Part shown: in pieces, positions 1-10,751 of the stretch
How the letters are laid out: every line of letters starts with the position of its first letter
Position numbering within the stretch: the first letter of the stretch is position 1
Translations under genes and position numbers: made by a program
NCBI GenBank assembly: GCA_031410215.1
Contig: JANNYQ010000067.1
Coordinates: forward strand, 1 to 54,904
Length of the DNA: 54,904 bases
Direction of reading: 5' to 3'
Source: Candidatus Altimarinota bacterium
Lineage (GTDB): Bacteria; Patescibacteriota; Gracilibacteria; BD1-5; UBA2023
Notes under the pieces: generated by a model
Told to the model about the DNA's origin: nothing
What the model saw: the letters and a program-made list of their open reading frames with translations, nothing else
Databases searched by the model: none

Positions 1-393
1 GCTCAAAAGAATGCAACCAAATCTATGGCACTGAGTGCTCTCTGCAAAGTTGATACTACAGTCGCATGAACCATTCAAATCGAAAAGCGAATTAGGATTT
101 CATGAATAGATTGCGAATTAGGATCAATAGAATTAAATGATAAACGGCTCTACAAAGAAGTGGAAGCCATTCTGAAAGAAAATTGAAAATATAAAAATGC
201 CAATATAATTGTTCTTGGCAGAGAAATGAAACCTAATTATCAATATACGGAAAATTTTATCCTAAAAATTGATTTCAATCATAAAGATTGATCATCAAGT
301 ACAACAATATTTTATATATATACCGAGAAACAGTGACTCATCAAAACCAATAATAGTGATGCGAATACAAGATTAAATAGCAATCAAAAATAA
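1..393 (+). CDS. hypothetical protein, 3' end (5' end outside window)
   Basis: Frame 1 is open from base 1 to TAA 391-393 if five in-frame TGAs are read as Gly. The region is AT-rich and I recognised no family. A hairpin terminator follows. Confidence 0.4.
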
Positions 394-395
394 AT

Positions 396-441
396 AAAAA
401 AATCTCTTCTCCCAATTTATCAGGAGAAGAGATTTTTTTAT
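396..441. terminator. bidirectional rho-independent terminator
   Basis: Stem ATCTCTTCTCC (402-412) pairs with GGAGAAGAGAT (423-433). It is flanked by an A-run 5' and a T-run 3', between two convergent genes. Confidence 0.8.
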
Positions 442-453
442 TTGAGTATTATA

Positions 454-798
454 TTATTTGACGAACTCGACTACCTTAGCAAATACCTCTGGATGACTGA
501 TAGCCATATTAGAGAGTACTTTACGGTTGAGTGCAACACGACGAGTATACATAGAATGTATGAGGGTCGAGTAGTTCATACCATTGAGGCGAGCAGCGTT
601 ATTGAGACGAACTGTCCAAAGTTGACGAAACTGTCTCTTCTTGAGTTTACGAGAAATATATGCATTGGATCATGCCTTCATAATGGCATTCTTTGCACGA
701 GAATAGACATTACCATTCATACGGCGAAACCCCTTAGCGAGAGCAAGGATATTTTTATGTCTTTTGTGTGTCATCACACCGCGTTTTACACGAGTCAT
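454..798 (-). CDS. rplT: 50S ribosomal protein L20
   Basis: ATG 798 to TAA 454 reads [24 protein letters not shown]...[12 protein letters not shown]. The single in-frame TGA (670-672) aligns with the Gly of the conserved KAG position of L20. The listed + ORF 442-876 is its antisense shadow. Confidence 0.95.
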
Positions 799-836
799 AG
801 GAGAGAGATTAGGATATTTAGATTGATACTGAGAGA

Positions 837-1034
837 TTATCTACCATATGGGAGAGAGAGTCGAGCCTCAAGTTGATTCGTAGCATGGAGGACATGTCCA
901 TATGCGTCACGACCCTTTGCTTTGCTACTTTTATCTTTAAGAAGATGTCGTTTTGCAGTTTTTGCAACGATATATTTGCCAGTTCCAGTGATTTTGACAC
1001 GTTTTTTGGCTCCTGAGTGGGTCTTGAGTTTCAT
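837..1034 (-). CDS. rpmI: 50S ribosomal protein L35
   Basis: [20 protein letters not shown]... is a typical L35 N-terminus. It sits between infC and rplT in the canonical operon order. Confidence 0.9.
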   Translation of the reverse strand: MKLKTHSGAKKRVKITGTGKYIVAKTAKRHLLKDKSSKAKGRDAYGHVLHATNQLEARLSLPYGR

Positions 1035-1051
1035 AAGAGAGAGGTTAGGTA

Positions 1052-1549
1052 TTATTTTTTAGGATAGAGAATGATATTGAATGTGTTTCCCTGTTTGAGT
1101 ATTTTAGATTTCTCATCCTTACGGTAGAATCATTCCATAGATGCAATGAATTCATTGATCTTCGCTGTTGCGAGATCCTCATATTGATTTTCTCTTCCAC
1201 GGAGCTGGAGAAAAATTTTAATCGGATTGCCATCTTTTGCCCATTTTTCTGCTTGATTACGTCTGACATCAAGATCGTGATCTCCTATTTTATAGGTCAG
1301 CTTCATTGTCTTGAGCTCTGTCTTCTTCGTATTACTTTTATTCTGTGATTGTTGTTTCTGTTGTTTGAATACCATTTTGCCATAATCGATGATTTTAGCA
1401 AGTGGTATACCATCCTGCATACCGATTTCTACGAGATCCAGATCTTGCTCTCAGGCGAGAGTGAGGGCTGCATCACGAGTCATCTTGCCGAGTGATTCAC
1501 CAGTAGCAGTTATCACCATGAGCTCACGAGCTATGATTGTATCATTCAT
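1052..1549 (-). CDS. infC: translation initiation factor IF-3
   Basis: MNDTIIARELMVITATGESLGKMTRDAALTLA[G]EQDLDLVEIG...DYGK...LRGRE...ILYPKK. Two in-frame TGAs join the 1130-1420 ORF to its N- and C-terminal parts. The CDS ends at TAA 1052-1054. Confidence 0.9.
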
Positions 1550-1598
1550 TCGTTTCTCATTTTTTTTTGCAGTAAATGCTCTTTTTTGCATAGTTGAT

Positions 1599-1871
1599 TT
1601 ACGCTGTTATAGATTTGAGGGCTTTTGCGTACGCACTTTTCTTTCGAGCAGCGTTATTTTTGTGGAGTACATTCTTTTTTTCAAGAGTATCGATACGAGA
1701 ATAAACGAGTGAGAGTGCTTCATTGATCTTTTTCATATCTTTTTTTTCTTCTCCCAAGAGAGCAACGAATGCTTTGGTACTTTCTTTCAGGAGAGCAGAG
1801 AAGTGACGATTACGAGATCGTTTTTTTTCGCTGACTTTGAGGGCTTTTTTAGCTGAACTAGTGATAGGCAT
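1599..1871 (-). CDS. rpsT: 30S ribosomal protein S20
   Basis: MPITSSAKKALKVSEKKRSRNR... is a basic 90-aa protein with a typical S20 N-terminus and no TGA. Confidence 0.9.
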   Translation of the reverse strand: MPITSSAKKALKVSEKKRSRNRHFSALLKESTKAFVALLGEEKKDMKKINEALSLVYSRIDTLEKKNVLHKNNAARKKSAYAKALKSITA

Positions 1872-1918
1872 AGGGAATATAGCAGATTAAAATATTGGCG
1901 TACTGGAAAAGTGGGTGT

Positions 1919-1946
1919 ATTGTATAAAAAACAGTTCTCTTGTCAA
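1919..1946 (-). promoter_or_regulatory. sigma70-like promoter of rpsT
   Basis: On the minus strand: TTGACA (1946-1941), a 16-nt spacer, then TACAAT (1924-1919), about 50 nt upstream of the rpsT ATG. Confidence 0.5.
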
Positions 1947-1956
1947 ACAAAAATGA

Positions 1957-3627
1957 CTAAATAAAGCGTCTTTGCATCAGCAAAGCCCCAAAGATAGCAG
2001 AAATAATCACGATGATCGCGACCATACCGGGACCTGATTGCACACGAGACATCGATGAATACTCTTTTGACTCAGTAGAGTCATCACAGAGTGCCTTGAC
2101 GACAAAGTTCTCATATGTCACAGCTCCTGAGGAGAGATAGAGGGTATAGTTGGACTCTTTCGTATTTTGGAATATAGAATAATCTCCCGCTGCTGAAACT
2201 TTGTAGAGATTGTATGATGTAGCCCCTGTGAGGATCGTCCATGAGATGATACTCTTGGATGCGTCAGTGGCAACAGTGAGCCCTGCAACATTCCCAATAG
2301 TACATGAATCCTTACCTACTGTAGCAACGATGGGCTCAGAAACAAGACCAGATATGAGAGTTCCTGATGCAGTACGTCCAAATATCTTGAAAGTATAGGT
2401 ATCAGTAGGAACTTTGTCAATATACCATGTATAGCTTCCTGAGTTTACTTTGGATGCTATTTTATCCATCGTGAGCGTAGTAACCTCTTGTGTGAGACTA
2501 TCGGCATTTTTGCCATAGGCGATTTTAAAACTAGTCATATCACTCGGGGCATTTTCTATGGCAAAATCAAATACGACTCGTGATCCCTCCGTTGTGGTTT
2601 TCACATTTTTGAAAGTTGGGATAGGTACCGAAATTGGTGATGGTGTAGGCGTTATGATACTTTCTGTGACGGTAAGGCTGGTAGGAGAATCGAATGTTTT
2701 AGATTGCCCAAGAGAATCTTTCTGAGTGATCATGAGCTTGTATGTACCTCATTTTTGAGGAGCTACGGTTTTGATCGAGTACTTACCAGTAGTGTCTTCT
2801 GAAGTAGTAAGAACAGAACCATCTAGAGACACTGTGACCTCACTCAGATCAGGGGTCGCATCGACAATTATCTCAATAGGAGAGCTCGGCTCAACCGTAG
2901 CAGAAGGCAATATGACAACACCGTATATACTTGTAGTATTCGCTATACGACCAAATCGTATCTCCGGAGAACTTGCTACAATAGTATTTGTACCATCGAT
3001 GAGATTGGCTACGAGGATATTATTCTCCTGAGTGAGTCCTGTAAGGTTTTTGGTGAATATACCACTATCATCAGATACAACTGTCCCAACATCTTGACCA
3101 TTCAATATGAGGGTAATCTTGCTATTTTTTCGAGTTTTACCACTTACCATCAACATATCACCAGTGATCTTCGTGTCATTTTCTGGAGTTATGATAGTAA
3201 CATTCTGATCTAGAATAGGGGTCATGACAGCTGCAGGATCTACTGATATAGTTGCTTCTCCGATAATATCATCTGATACATCTGATACATAAATCTTCTG
3301 TTTACCAGATTTTTTGAATATAAGTGCTTTAGAGAATTTTTTTTCTCCATTATCATCAGCGGTGAATGCTACAGTTTTACCAGGTGCTGGTACTGTATCT
3401 CAGATATTATCTGTATTGAATATGACAGATCCTCGGTATCCAGTCACGGTTTTTTTATCCTTGTCGACGGCCCTCACGGTGATATCCATTGCCTCGCCAA
3501 CTCGACCAGTTGTATTGGCTGTAATTTCGAGAGCCACAGTATCTCAAGTCGCAGCTGAGAGAGAAAGCGGAGCAAATATACTCGAGAAAATAGCAAGAAG
3601 TGCTATTTGAGAGATGATTTTTGACAT
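1957..3627 (-). CDS. membrane-anchored surface protein with Ig-like/FN3-like repeats
   Basis: One frame runs from ATG 3627 to 1957 and joins ORFs 2749-3225 and 1957-2733 through 3 TGAs. The N-terminal signal peptide is MSKIISQIALLAIFSSIFAPLSLSAA. The body is a beta-rich, T/S/V-rich repeat region. The C-terminal TM anchor is MVAIIVIISAIFGALLM followed by QRRFI. Confidence 0.75.
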
Positions 3628-3663
3628 AGAGAAATAGGTAAAATACGATACTTGGAATGTATT

Positions 3664-4764
3664 CTAGTCATTCCCGAGATTTATGCAAGCGAAATCATGG
3701 TATTTTTCGTGATTTGGGAGCGGCTTCTGACTTGTCAAAATAACTTGATATTGCATAAGAGAATTGATAAAAATATCAGAATTGATATCATCGAGTTCTG
3801 CAAAAATATCATCAATGAGAAGTATCACCCTTAGTCCTAGTGTGGTAGAGATAAACTGCCTTTCAATCATCTTGAGTCCAAGTAGTAACATCTTCATCTC
3901 ACCACGAGAGAGATAGGACTCGACAGGGATGGATTGTATTCAATTTTGCATGAGGCGAAATCCCCAATCATCCCGATGCGGACCAATATGTGTATGTCCC
4001 GTGAGGATATCTCGTTCTCTATTTGTTCTAAGATATTTGATAATACTCTCAGTATCCGTTTTTTGATCTCATTGATCTCAGATATCTGATCACTGCTTAC
4101 TATTCTCTATACTACTCTCATAGTGAAACTCAGGATCATATTTTGCAAAAAATGTCGGAAACGTAGGCATCGTCTCACGAACATAGGTCATGTAGCGAGC
4201 CCGATAGAGTCCATATGATTCAGCTATCTCAGCAAATTTCTGATCCCAATAGTCGATATCTTCACGCCTGGAGAGTCCATCTCGAATACTTTTGAGCATC
4301 GCATTGCGTTGACGCATCGCGATATCATAGTCTCTTTTTATTCCTGGGAACTGAGCATATGTCCGAGAAAGAATCAAATCGATATAGTCACGCCGCATAG
4401 CGGGAGCGAAGTAGAGTAAGTTCATATCAAATGGGGAAATATGCACCGTCCGCCATGGTAGAGTGACCATATATTTGGGCTTCGTGATTTTTGCTCCTTG
4501 TATCGCATAATATTCACGACTATCATCTCGCACCATACGGTAGACCTTGCGGAGGTCTCCCTCTGAAAAAACTCCCTCAAATTCACTTCCAACATCGAGT
4601 GTCACATCACCATAAAGTGGACGAGAGCCTGAAAGCATATGGATCGCATCAAGAATATGTGTCTTTCCTGATCAGTTCGCTCCCATGATATATGTACGCA
4701 TCGCAAGCTCTATGGTAAGAGTATCGATACCTCGCCAAGATGTGAGAGAAAAAGAAGAAAGCAT
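3664..4764 (-). CDS. recF: DNA replication and repair protein RecF
   Basis: Three listed ORFs plus short pieces join in one frame. The Walker A motif reads GAN[G]SGKT with the Gly at TGA 4672-4674. Also present: GPHRDD, the signature SRGEMKMLLLGLK and Walker B LLIDDIFAELD. The CDS ends at TAG 3664. Confidence 0.9.
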
Positions 4765-4769
4765 AGATA

Positions 4770-5048
4770 TTATTCCCCCATCATAATCCCCCCGAGTACA
4801 ATCTGATGAGCTGCTTTTTTTTGTCCTGAGCAAGCGAGGAGATCGTTTGCTATACTCGCATCGATGACGACATCGGGACGCAGATCGAGTGATCACTTAC
4901 CACTACGTGAGATACTCGATATATGAGATGTATCTGTCGCTGCGAGCGAGCTGAAAGAGTCGAGTACACTCGATATCTCTAGTCACTCCTGAGATCTGAG
5001 GGCTGTGAGCTTCGCGAGATGAGCAATTTGAGCTTGTGTGAGTGACAT
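4770..5048 (-). CDS. gatC: Asp/Glu-tRNA amidotransferase subunit C
   Basis: This gene is absent from the ORF track because 2 TGAs split it. It reads MSLTQAQIAHLAKLTALRSQE[G]LE...LRPDVVIDAS...VLGGIMMGE, a GatC-like 92 aa. Its TAA lies 5 nt before the recF ATG. Confidence 0.75.
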
Positions 5049-5083
5049 TTTTGTATATAATTGCCTCAAAGTATATAAAAAAT

Positions 5084-5440
5084 ATGTCGAAAATCAAGGA
5101 AATCCTCGAAAAAATGAAAGCGAGCCCTAGAGAGTATCATGATCTCTCACTCCTCGTAGCAAAGCGAGTATGGCTCTTCGTGGCGAGTCTCTACTATCTT
5201 GCATTCCTATTTACAGTAGGTGGGTTTTATTATGGTCCTATTACTCTCGATAATTTCTCGATGGGTACCTTTCATCTCTACTCCGTGCTTGTGATAGCAA
5301 CTGCCTGGTTCGGGTATGCACTCTGCGAATACGCTATTGCAATATATATACCAAAAAAAGATTGGCTCAAATGGATCTGACTCGGTATTGCAGTGGTATT
5401 TGCTGTAGTCGCGCTACTCGCTCATCTTGCTCTTATTTAG
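5084..5440 (+). CDS. small membrane protein
   Basis: It starts at ATG 5084 (MSKIKEILEK...) and has three hydrophobic helices. It reads through TGA 5378-5380 to TAG 5438-5440. Confidence 0.55.
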
Positions 5441-5453
5441 TATCATCACTTCT

Positions 5454-5996
5454 ATGATCTCTCGTCTGTTCATCTCACTACTACTCCTCAGCTCATGTTC
5501 ACTCCTCCCTGGTACACAGATAGAGATACAAGAAAATGCGAGTATCTCTAGTGGCTCCTGATTTTCTATGCAGACTCCTGCTCTATGGATATCCAATACT
5601 GGCGTATCAGTACCCAGTCCTCGCTCCGGTACCCTCGAACTCGCTCTCGTGTCTCCTGACACAAGATATGGATTCTCCAACAACCTTGTCATCATGCGAG
5701 ATAGTCTGAATGGGATAATCACATCGAGCCGATACGCAGAGCTCTCGAGTGTACAATCATCGAAGAATTATCTCGAATATACTAAGTTGCAAGATGATCC
5801 AATCATTTTCTCAGACACGGATAGCTCTCGAGTATCTGTATTCGAAGCCAAATACAATCCATCGACTCCACGACTCAAGTTCATCCAGACGGCCAAAGTG
5901 TGTGGAACCAATGTATACCTAATCCACTTCTCGATTGCACTCGACAAGTCACCCGAGGCTTATATCGCTCTTGCCAAGACCTTCTCATGCAAATAG
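5454..5996 (+). CDS. putative lipoprotein
   Basis: ATG 5454 gives MISRLFISLLLLSSC with lipobox LSSC. An in-frame TGA (5559-5561) links it to the listed ORF 5568-5996. Confidence 0.65.
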
Positions 5997-6002
5997 AAAA
6001 AC

Positions 6003-6029
6003 TTGCTTTTTGTGACATTTGTCTATAAT
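6003..6029 (+). promoter_or_regulatory. sigma70-like promoter of tRNA-Cys
   Basis: TTGCTT (6003-6008), a 15-nt spacer, then TATAAT (6024-6029), 12 nt before the tRNA 5' end. Confidence 0.45.
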
Positions 6030-6041
6030 GCACGTGTCTAT

Positions 6042-6119
6042 GACACCATGGCAGAGTGGTCAATTGCAAGAGCCTGCAAAGCTCTAAAATCGTCGGTTCA
6101 AATCCGACTGGTGTCTCCA
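6042..6119 (+). tRNA. tRNA-Cys (anticodon GCA), CCA encoded
   Basis: Perfect 7-bp acceptor stem GACACCA/TGGTGTC. Anticodon arm AGAGC-CTGCAAA-GCTCT. T arm GTCGG-TTCAAAT-CCGAC. Discriminator T followed by CCA. Confidence 0.8.
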
Positions 6120-6191
6120 CAATACATCTATCATTCGTATCATACTAGCGAGTATCTCAAAGAGCTTTACCATAAGCTTTTTTTGTGTATA

Positions 6192-6836
6192 TTACGACGC
6201 CACCTTGCTGATGACGATACCTGATTTTCTCGTTGTATCAATCGGGGAACCTGCGTCAGTCGCACTGGTGACATAGTATCCGATAGCTGAGAATAGTAGA
6301 TCTTCATTGTATCGATATGAGGCACCATTTTTGGTACCAGAATCATTGGTGATGAATTCACTTTTGGCTGGATCATATCCAATGATGAGGATGATATGAT
6401 TGCGAGGTCCTGGTGGGGTATAATAGGTATTTTTGAGAGCTCTTCCCGAGGTAGGAACCATGACAATGTGTCAATCTCTGAGATACTCGATGAGCTCAGC
6501 TTTAGACACATTCTCCACGATTGTATGACTATAGAATCAGAGATGATTACTCATTGTTGTAGCTATATCATGTATCGATGCATGCATATGGGTTCAGAAC
6601 TCTTTTTGTTCGAAATCAGCAATTGCGAGAATCTGTGTATTGGCATCTGTGGGTAATATCCCCGTCTTGCCCGTAGCCCAGGCAATCGCCATGATTGTAG
6701 CCGCATCTTCACAGCCCTCTTGATATATGATATTTCACCATTCTGAGAATGGTGCCTGAGATGTAAATGGAACATCCTGCAAAATCAACCCCGTGGATGT
6801 AGTGTTAATATCCTCAATGGGATTCAACGCTTCCAT
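6192..6836 (-). CDS. peptidase C39-like domain protein (possibly truncated)
   Basis: ATG 6836 to TAA 6192 with 4 in-frame TGAs. It reads ...QAPFSEW[G]NIIYQEGCEDAATIMA...HIILIIGYD..., a papain-like C39_2-type pattern. A TM-anchor coding segment lies upstream in the same frame but is separated by a TAA (see findings). Confidence 0.6.
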
Positions 6837-7155
6837 CTCTGATCAGGAGATATCTCAACTTCATACGGAGTTTTCATTTGTATCAGAATTTTACATAATA
6901 ACCAATACGCTGAGTCCAATAATAACTAAAAAAATATAGCCCAGATAGATGTATCGTCTTTTTTGATTCAAAGTATATATAATTAGTAATGAGCGAGTTA
7001 TTTTACCTATTTTTGGAATTCTGTAAAATAAAAAAAGGATACTTTTTTAGATATATTTGTCTCTATTTTTTCTTTTTTATTTGAGAATATTTTCCTATTA
7101 TTATATTTTAGTATTTTTGCTATGGTTGGGCGAATATCCAATAATCAATCTCTCT

Positions 7156-7446
7156 ATGGATAAAAACATCAAGCTCCTTTTGCAGGAAATACGGGATAAG
7201 GATACGAGAGAACTCGTAGAAGACCATATCCGAAATATCAGTCTTAATGAAGAAAAAAAAGAAACTATTGTGCTTATCGACAAGCAATATGTGATAAACA
7301 TTCTCCACTCAACTCAGTATGTCGAGCACTTTATCGGAGCTATCAAAAAATGCTTCGGAGACAATATGCACATAATCATCCGCCTCGATCATCCTCACCA
7401 GACACATGATCGTGAGATGCTCATTCCATACTCTATACACTACTAA
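7156..7446 (+). CDS. hypothetical protein
   Basis: ATG 7156 (MDKNIKLLLQEIRDK...) is the first plausible start in the 7057-7446 ORF. I recognised no family. Confidence 0.5.
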   Translation: MDKNIKLLLQEIRDKDTRELVEDHIRNISLNEEKKETIVLIDKQYVINILHSTQYVEHFIGAIKKCFGDNMHIIIRLDHPHQTHDREMLIPYSIHY

Positions 7447-7509
7447 AATTTCGATATTTTCGCTTTATGCGTATACTCGGGTCATATAGCACAAATAATT
7501 CATAAATAT

Positions 7510-7923
7510 ATGATCGAAAACACTCTCAAGTGGAAAAAACCTGAACGACAATGAGCGAGATCGACCGTCAGATTCAATGGAGACTATAGAGCTGAGCTCC
7601 AAAAAACAATCGATATCCTTGAGCTCTATTTTGAAGCTGAATTACCGAAATCATTTTTTATTGATTCTGTGATCGCTGGAGGCTATGAGATCAAAATCCG
7701 TATCAATGATGAAGAACAGGATATACGCCGAGTCATCAATTGTATATTCCGCTACCATCACGATGAGCAGAAGTTCGGTAATATCAATATCGAGCTGGGC
7801 TCATACGAACTCTCGAAAAAAACCATGGTACACTTTGTAGGCACATTCTCGATCACGGATCGAGAGCGGATCAAGCGAGTACTCCTCGAAGATGTGATCG
7901 GATGTGCAAAAGCGATATACTAA
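7510..7923 (+). CDS. hypothetical protein
   Basis: ATG 7510 joins ORF 7669-7923 through one TGA (7552-7554). A hairpin follows. Confidence 0.55.
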
Positions 7924-7959
7924 CGAAATACTCATTCTTCAGTGAATGAGTATTTCGTT
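7922..7959 (+). terminator. hairpin terminator
   Basis: A 16-bp perfect stem AACGAAATACTCATTC/GAATGAGTATTTCGTT with a 6-nt loop. The T-tail is weak. Confidence 0.55.
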
Positions 7960-8051
7960 AGAAGGGCGATATTTTTTCGTCTTGGATTTTTCTTTGATTT
8001 ACGTCAAAATACGGTAAAATGCAATTACTCTATCTATTAACCTATTTACCT

Positions 8052-8426
8052 ATGAACTTTCTTCTGAATATCCTCATCTCGGCTCTCGCTGTGGCTATTG
8101 CGGCCTATATCACTCCTGGTGCGACTGTGGATGGGTATCTCACGGCAATCATAGTGGCCATTGTACTAGCAATAGTCAACTCTACGATCGGTCCACTTCT
8201 GAAGACTCTAACTCTTCCATTGAATATACTCACTCTCGGGCTCATATCTCTCATCATCAACGTACTCATGGTACTTTTGGTCGCAAGAATAGTTCCAGGA
8301 TTCGGGCTCGATGGATTCTGGACCGCTCTGGTATTCGCTGTGATACTGGCTCTCGTGAATATGGTTCTGGGTAGTGGAATCATAAAAGGAAATAATGGGA
8401 TTATAGATACTAATTCTCGACGATAA
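8052..8426 (+). CDS. 4-TM membrane protein, phage-holin-4_2/YvlD-like
   Basis: MNFLLNILISALAVAIAAYITPG... has four hydrophobic helices and the ...LVARIVPGF... pattern typical of the DUF360/holin_4_2 family. Confidence 0.55.
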   Translation: MNFLLNILISALAVAIAAYITPGATVDGYLTAIIVAIVLAIVNSTIGPLLKTLTLPLNILTLGLISLIINVLMVLLVARIVPGFGLDGFWTALVFAVILALVNMVLGSGIIKGNNGIIDTNSRR

Positions 8427-8435
8427 TCAATTTTT

Positions 8436-8473
8436 AAAAATCCTCTGGCTATCTAAATAGTCTGAGGATTTTT
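8436..8473. terminator. hairpin between convergent genes
   Basis: AAAAATCCTC (8436-8445) pairs with GAGGATTTTT (8464-8473). It overlaps the tlyA stop codon. Confidence 0.5.
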
Positions 8474-9223
8474 TTGTAACATATATATCCATTCTTGATT
8501 ACCTGCCTCGCCTATCAGAGAGGATTTTTGTTTTTTGAGGACTCGCATGTTTTTGAGACTGAGCAAGTTCTCGAATTCTTTCATTTTGAATTCGACTATT
8601 TGCATATTCTTTGGAACTCCTGTTTTCTTGAGATGAATTCTACCGACCTCGAACTGTGGCTTGTAGAGGAGGAGGATAGCCGTACGACTATGTGCGAGAG
8701 TGATCATTGCATCGAGAATCAGCGTGAGTGAAATGAAGGAGGCATCACAGACGATGATATCGTATGATTTGTGATTCATGCGAGCAAAGTCTCGAATATC
8801 GGTCTGCTCGTAGGAGTCCACCCGACTATCAACCCGCAGTGATGGATGGAGTTGTTTCGTCCCGACATCGACGGCATCAATATGCGTTGCTCAGTATTGT
8901 AATAGAACCTGAGAAAACCCCCCAGTAGAGGATCCAACATCGAGACAATTGGTGCCTGATATTTGCAACTTGCATATACCCATTACGGGTACTCAATTCT
9001 CAATGCTCAATTGTTCGAGAAATCCTGCCAGTTTCTCTGCACTCCGCGAAACCCACTCGACTCGTCGGTCTGCCACGATCGATACAATAGTAGTATCTGA
9101 AACATGGGAAGATGATTTATTGTATATTTTACCGTTCACAAGAACGAGACCCATAGCAATGAGTTGTTGAGCCTTGTTGCGAGTGATCTCATGATGTATA
9201 GTGAGATAGATATCTAGTCTCAT
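8453..9223 (-). CDS. tlyA: TlyA-family rRNA 2'-O-methyltransferase (S4 domain + FtsJ-like)
   Basis: MRLDIYLT...NKAQQLIAMGLVLVNGK is an S4-like domain. ...LDVGSSTGGFSQVLLQY[G]A... is the SAM motif, followed by ...VCDASFISL. Three ORF pieces join through 2 TGAs. Confidence 0.85.
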
Positions 9224-9744
9224 AACCACTTGGTGATATATTCTTCTACTTTAATCTTGATATCTGTTTCTATAACTTCTTTTTCTTCTGCTGTGAACCG
9301 TGAGAGTACCCAGTCACTCACTTCATAGTGGTCATCTCTCCCAATCCCGATCTTGATACGAGCGAATTGATTGGTACCGATTTTGGTGATAATATCTCGG
9401 AGTCAGTTTTGCCCACCGTGACTCCCCTCGCTGCGATATCTGACCTTGCCGAACTCCATATCAATGTCATCTGAGATGATGAGAATATCTTTTTTGGGAT
9501 CGAGTTTATAAAAAGAAATAAGAGCTGATACAGCATCGCCTGATAGGTTCATAAAAGTCTGAGGTTTGATACCGAGAATTTGCAAACCAACGATTGATAA
9601 TTGAGTATCTGTAGAAATCAATGATTTGAATTTTTTTTCTTCTCGCCAATCAATGAAAAGCAAATCCACCATCATAAAACCCACATTGTGACGAGTGTGG
9701 TGATACGCGGATCCAGGATTACCGAGCCCGATGATAAGCTTCAT
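9214..9744 (-). CDS. pth: peptidyl-tRNA hydrolase
   Basis: MKLIIGLGNPGSAYHHTRHNVGF...MNLSG...GSHGGQN[G]LRDI. The CDS reads through TGA 9220-9222 to TAG 9214-9216 and overlaps the tlyA start. Confidence 0.9.
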
Positions 9745-9853
9745 GGGCTATAGAATATGCAAATTATCTTATTTGTAAAATAGAAATGTAGTGTCAGGAT
9801 TTGCTTTTTTAGGGTAGAATATGATAGAGTACTCGTGTTACTAATTCTATCAT

Positions 9854-10711
9854 ATGAAACAATATATCTCGTTCCTCATGCTCATGGTACTCCTCGGATC
9901 ACAGAATGTACACGCTGAGAGTGGTGATATCACCAATGAAATCGCTCTCATCAATGCGAGTATCTCAAGTGAGCTAGAGCTCGACTCCGCTCCAGTACCC
10001 ATCGCAAATCCCAATATCTACACACCATGGGAACTCGTCCATCGCAGTGCGATGCTATCAGGATTTCAGTGGGGTGGTGAGATAGCCAAATTCATCACGC
10101 CCAATATGTATATCGGGACTCCATTCGATATGGATCAGTCCACTCCTCTATGAGAGTTCCTCGTAGAGGACGCCACTACATATAGTGAGTGTCTGACAAA
10201 TGAGTCATATCTCTCCTACGGGCTCGGTGAGCGAATTGAGAAAACTGATATCCTCGAACTCAAGGCTATTGCCAAAACTTGTGCTCAGCAATTCTATGGT
10301 ACCTATTTCGATGGTAAACCATATACGACTCGTGAAGAATACCTGATGATGCTCATGACGATGTTCGGTGAAGACATCTCAGTAGCTGGAGAATTCACCA
10401 ATGATGGCAAATATATAGCAGCAGGACCTGGGGTTGAAAGCGGATTCGAGAATGTAAGTCCAACTGCATGGTACAGTCCCTATCTCGCCTATGCTGATGA
10501 GATTGGAATACTCTCGACTGATGAGATCAAGTGGCAAATGGCTAAGGCTATCACAGACATAGAGGCAATCGATATGCTCTCACTATATACGGCGTATCGT
10601 ATGGGATATACGGGTGATGATATTCTCGATAGTGGAATGATTATGACTGATAGTTTGAAATATAATATCGCATTCCCATCTGAGAATGAGGTCACGATAC
10701 GTGTACAATAA
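9854..10711 (+). CDS. secreted hypothetical protein
   Basis: The signal peptide is MKQYISFLMLMVLLGSQNVHA. Two ORFs join through TGA 10151-10153. Confidence 0.6.
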
Positions 10712-10751
10712 ACATACAGATAAAAATCATACTACATATCACCAGCATATA

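Noticed and set aside
442-876. A 144-aa + strand ORF. Similar long antisense ORFs occur at 3314-3610, 12891-13130, 13638-14087, 16687-17349, 35773-36126 and 51686-52168.
   Set aside because: Each lies opposite a confidently identified gene (rplT, the surface protein, the giant protein, the T4CP-like gene, the sigma-like gene, uvrA) and has no recognisable motifs. They are antisense shadows.
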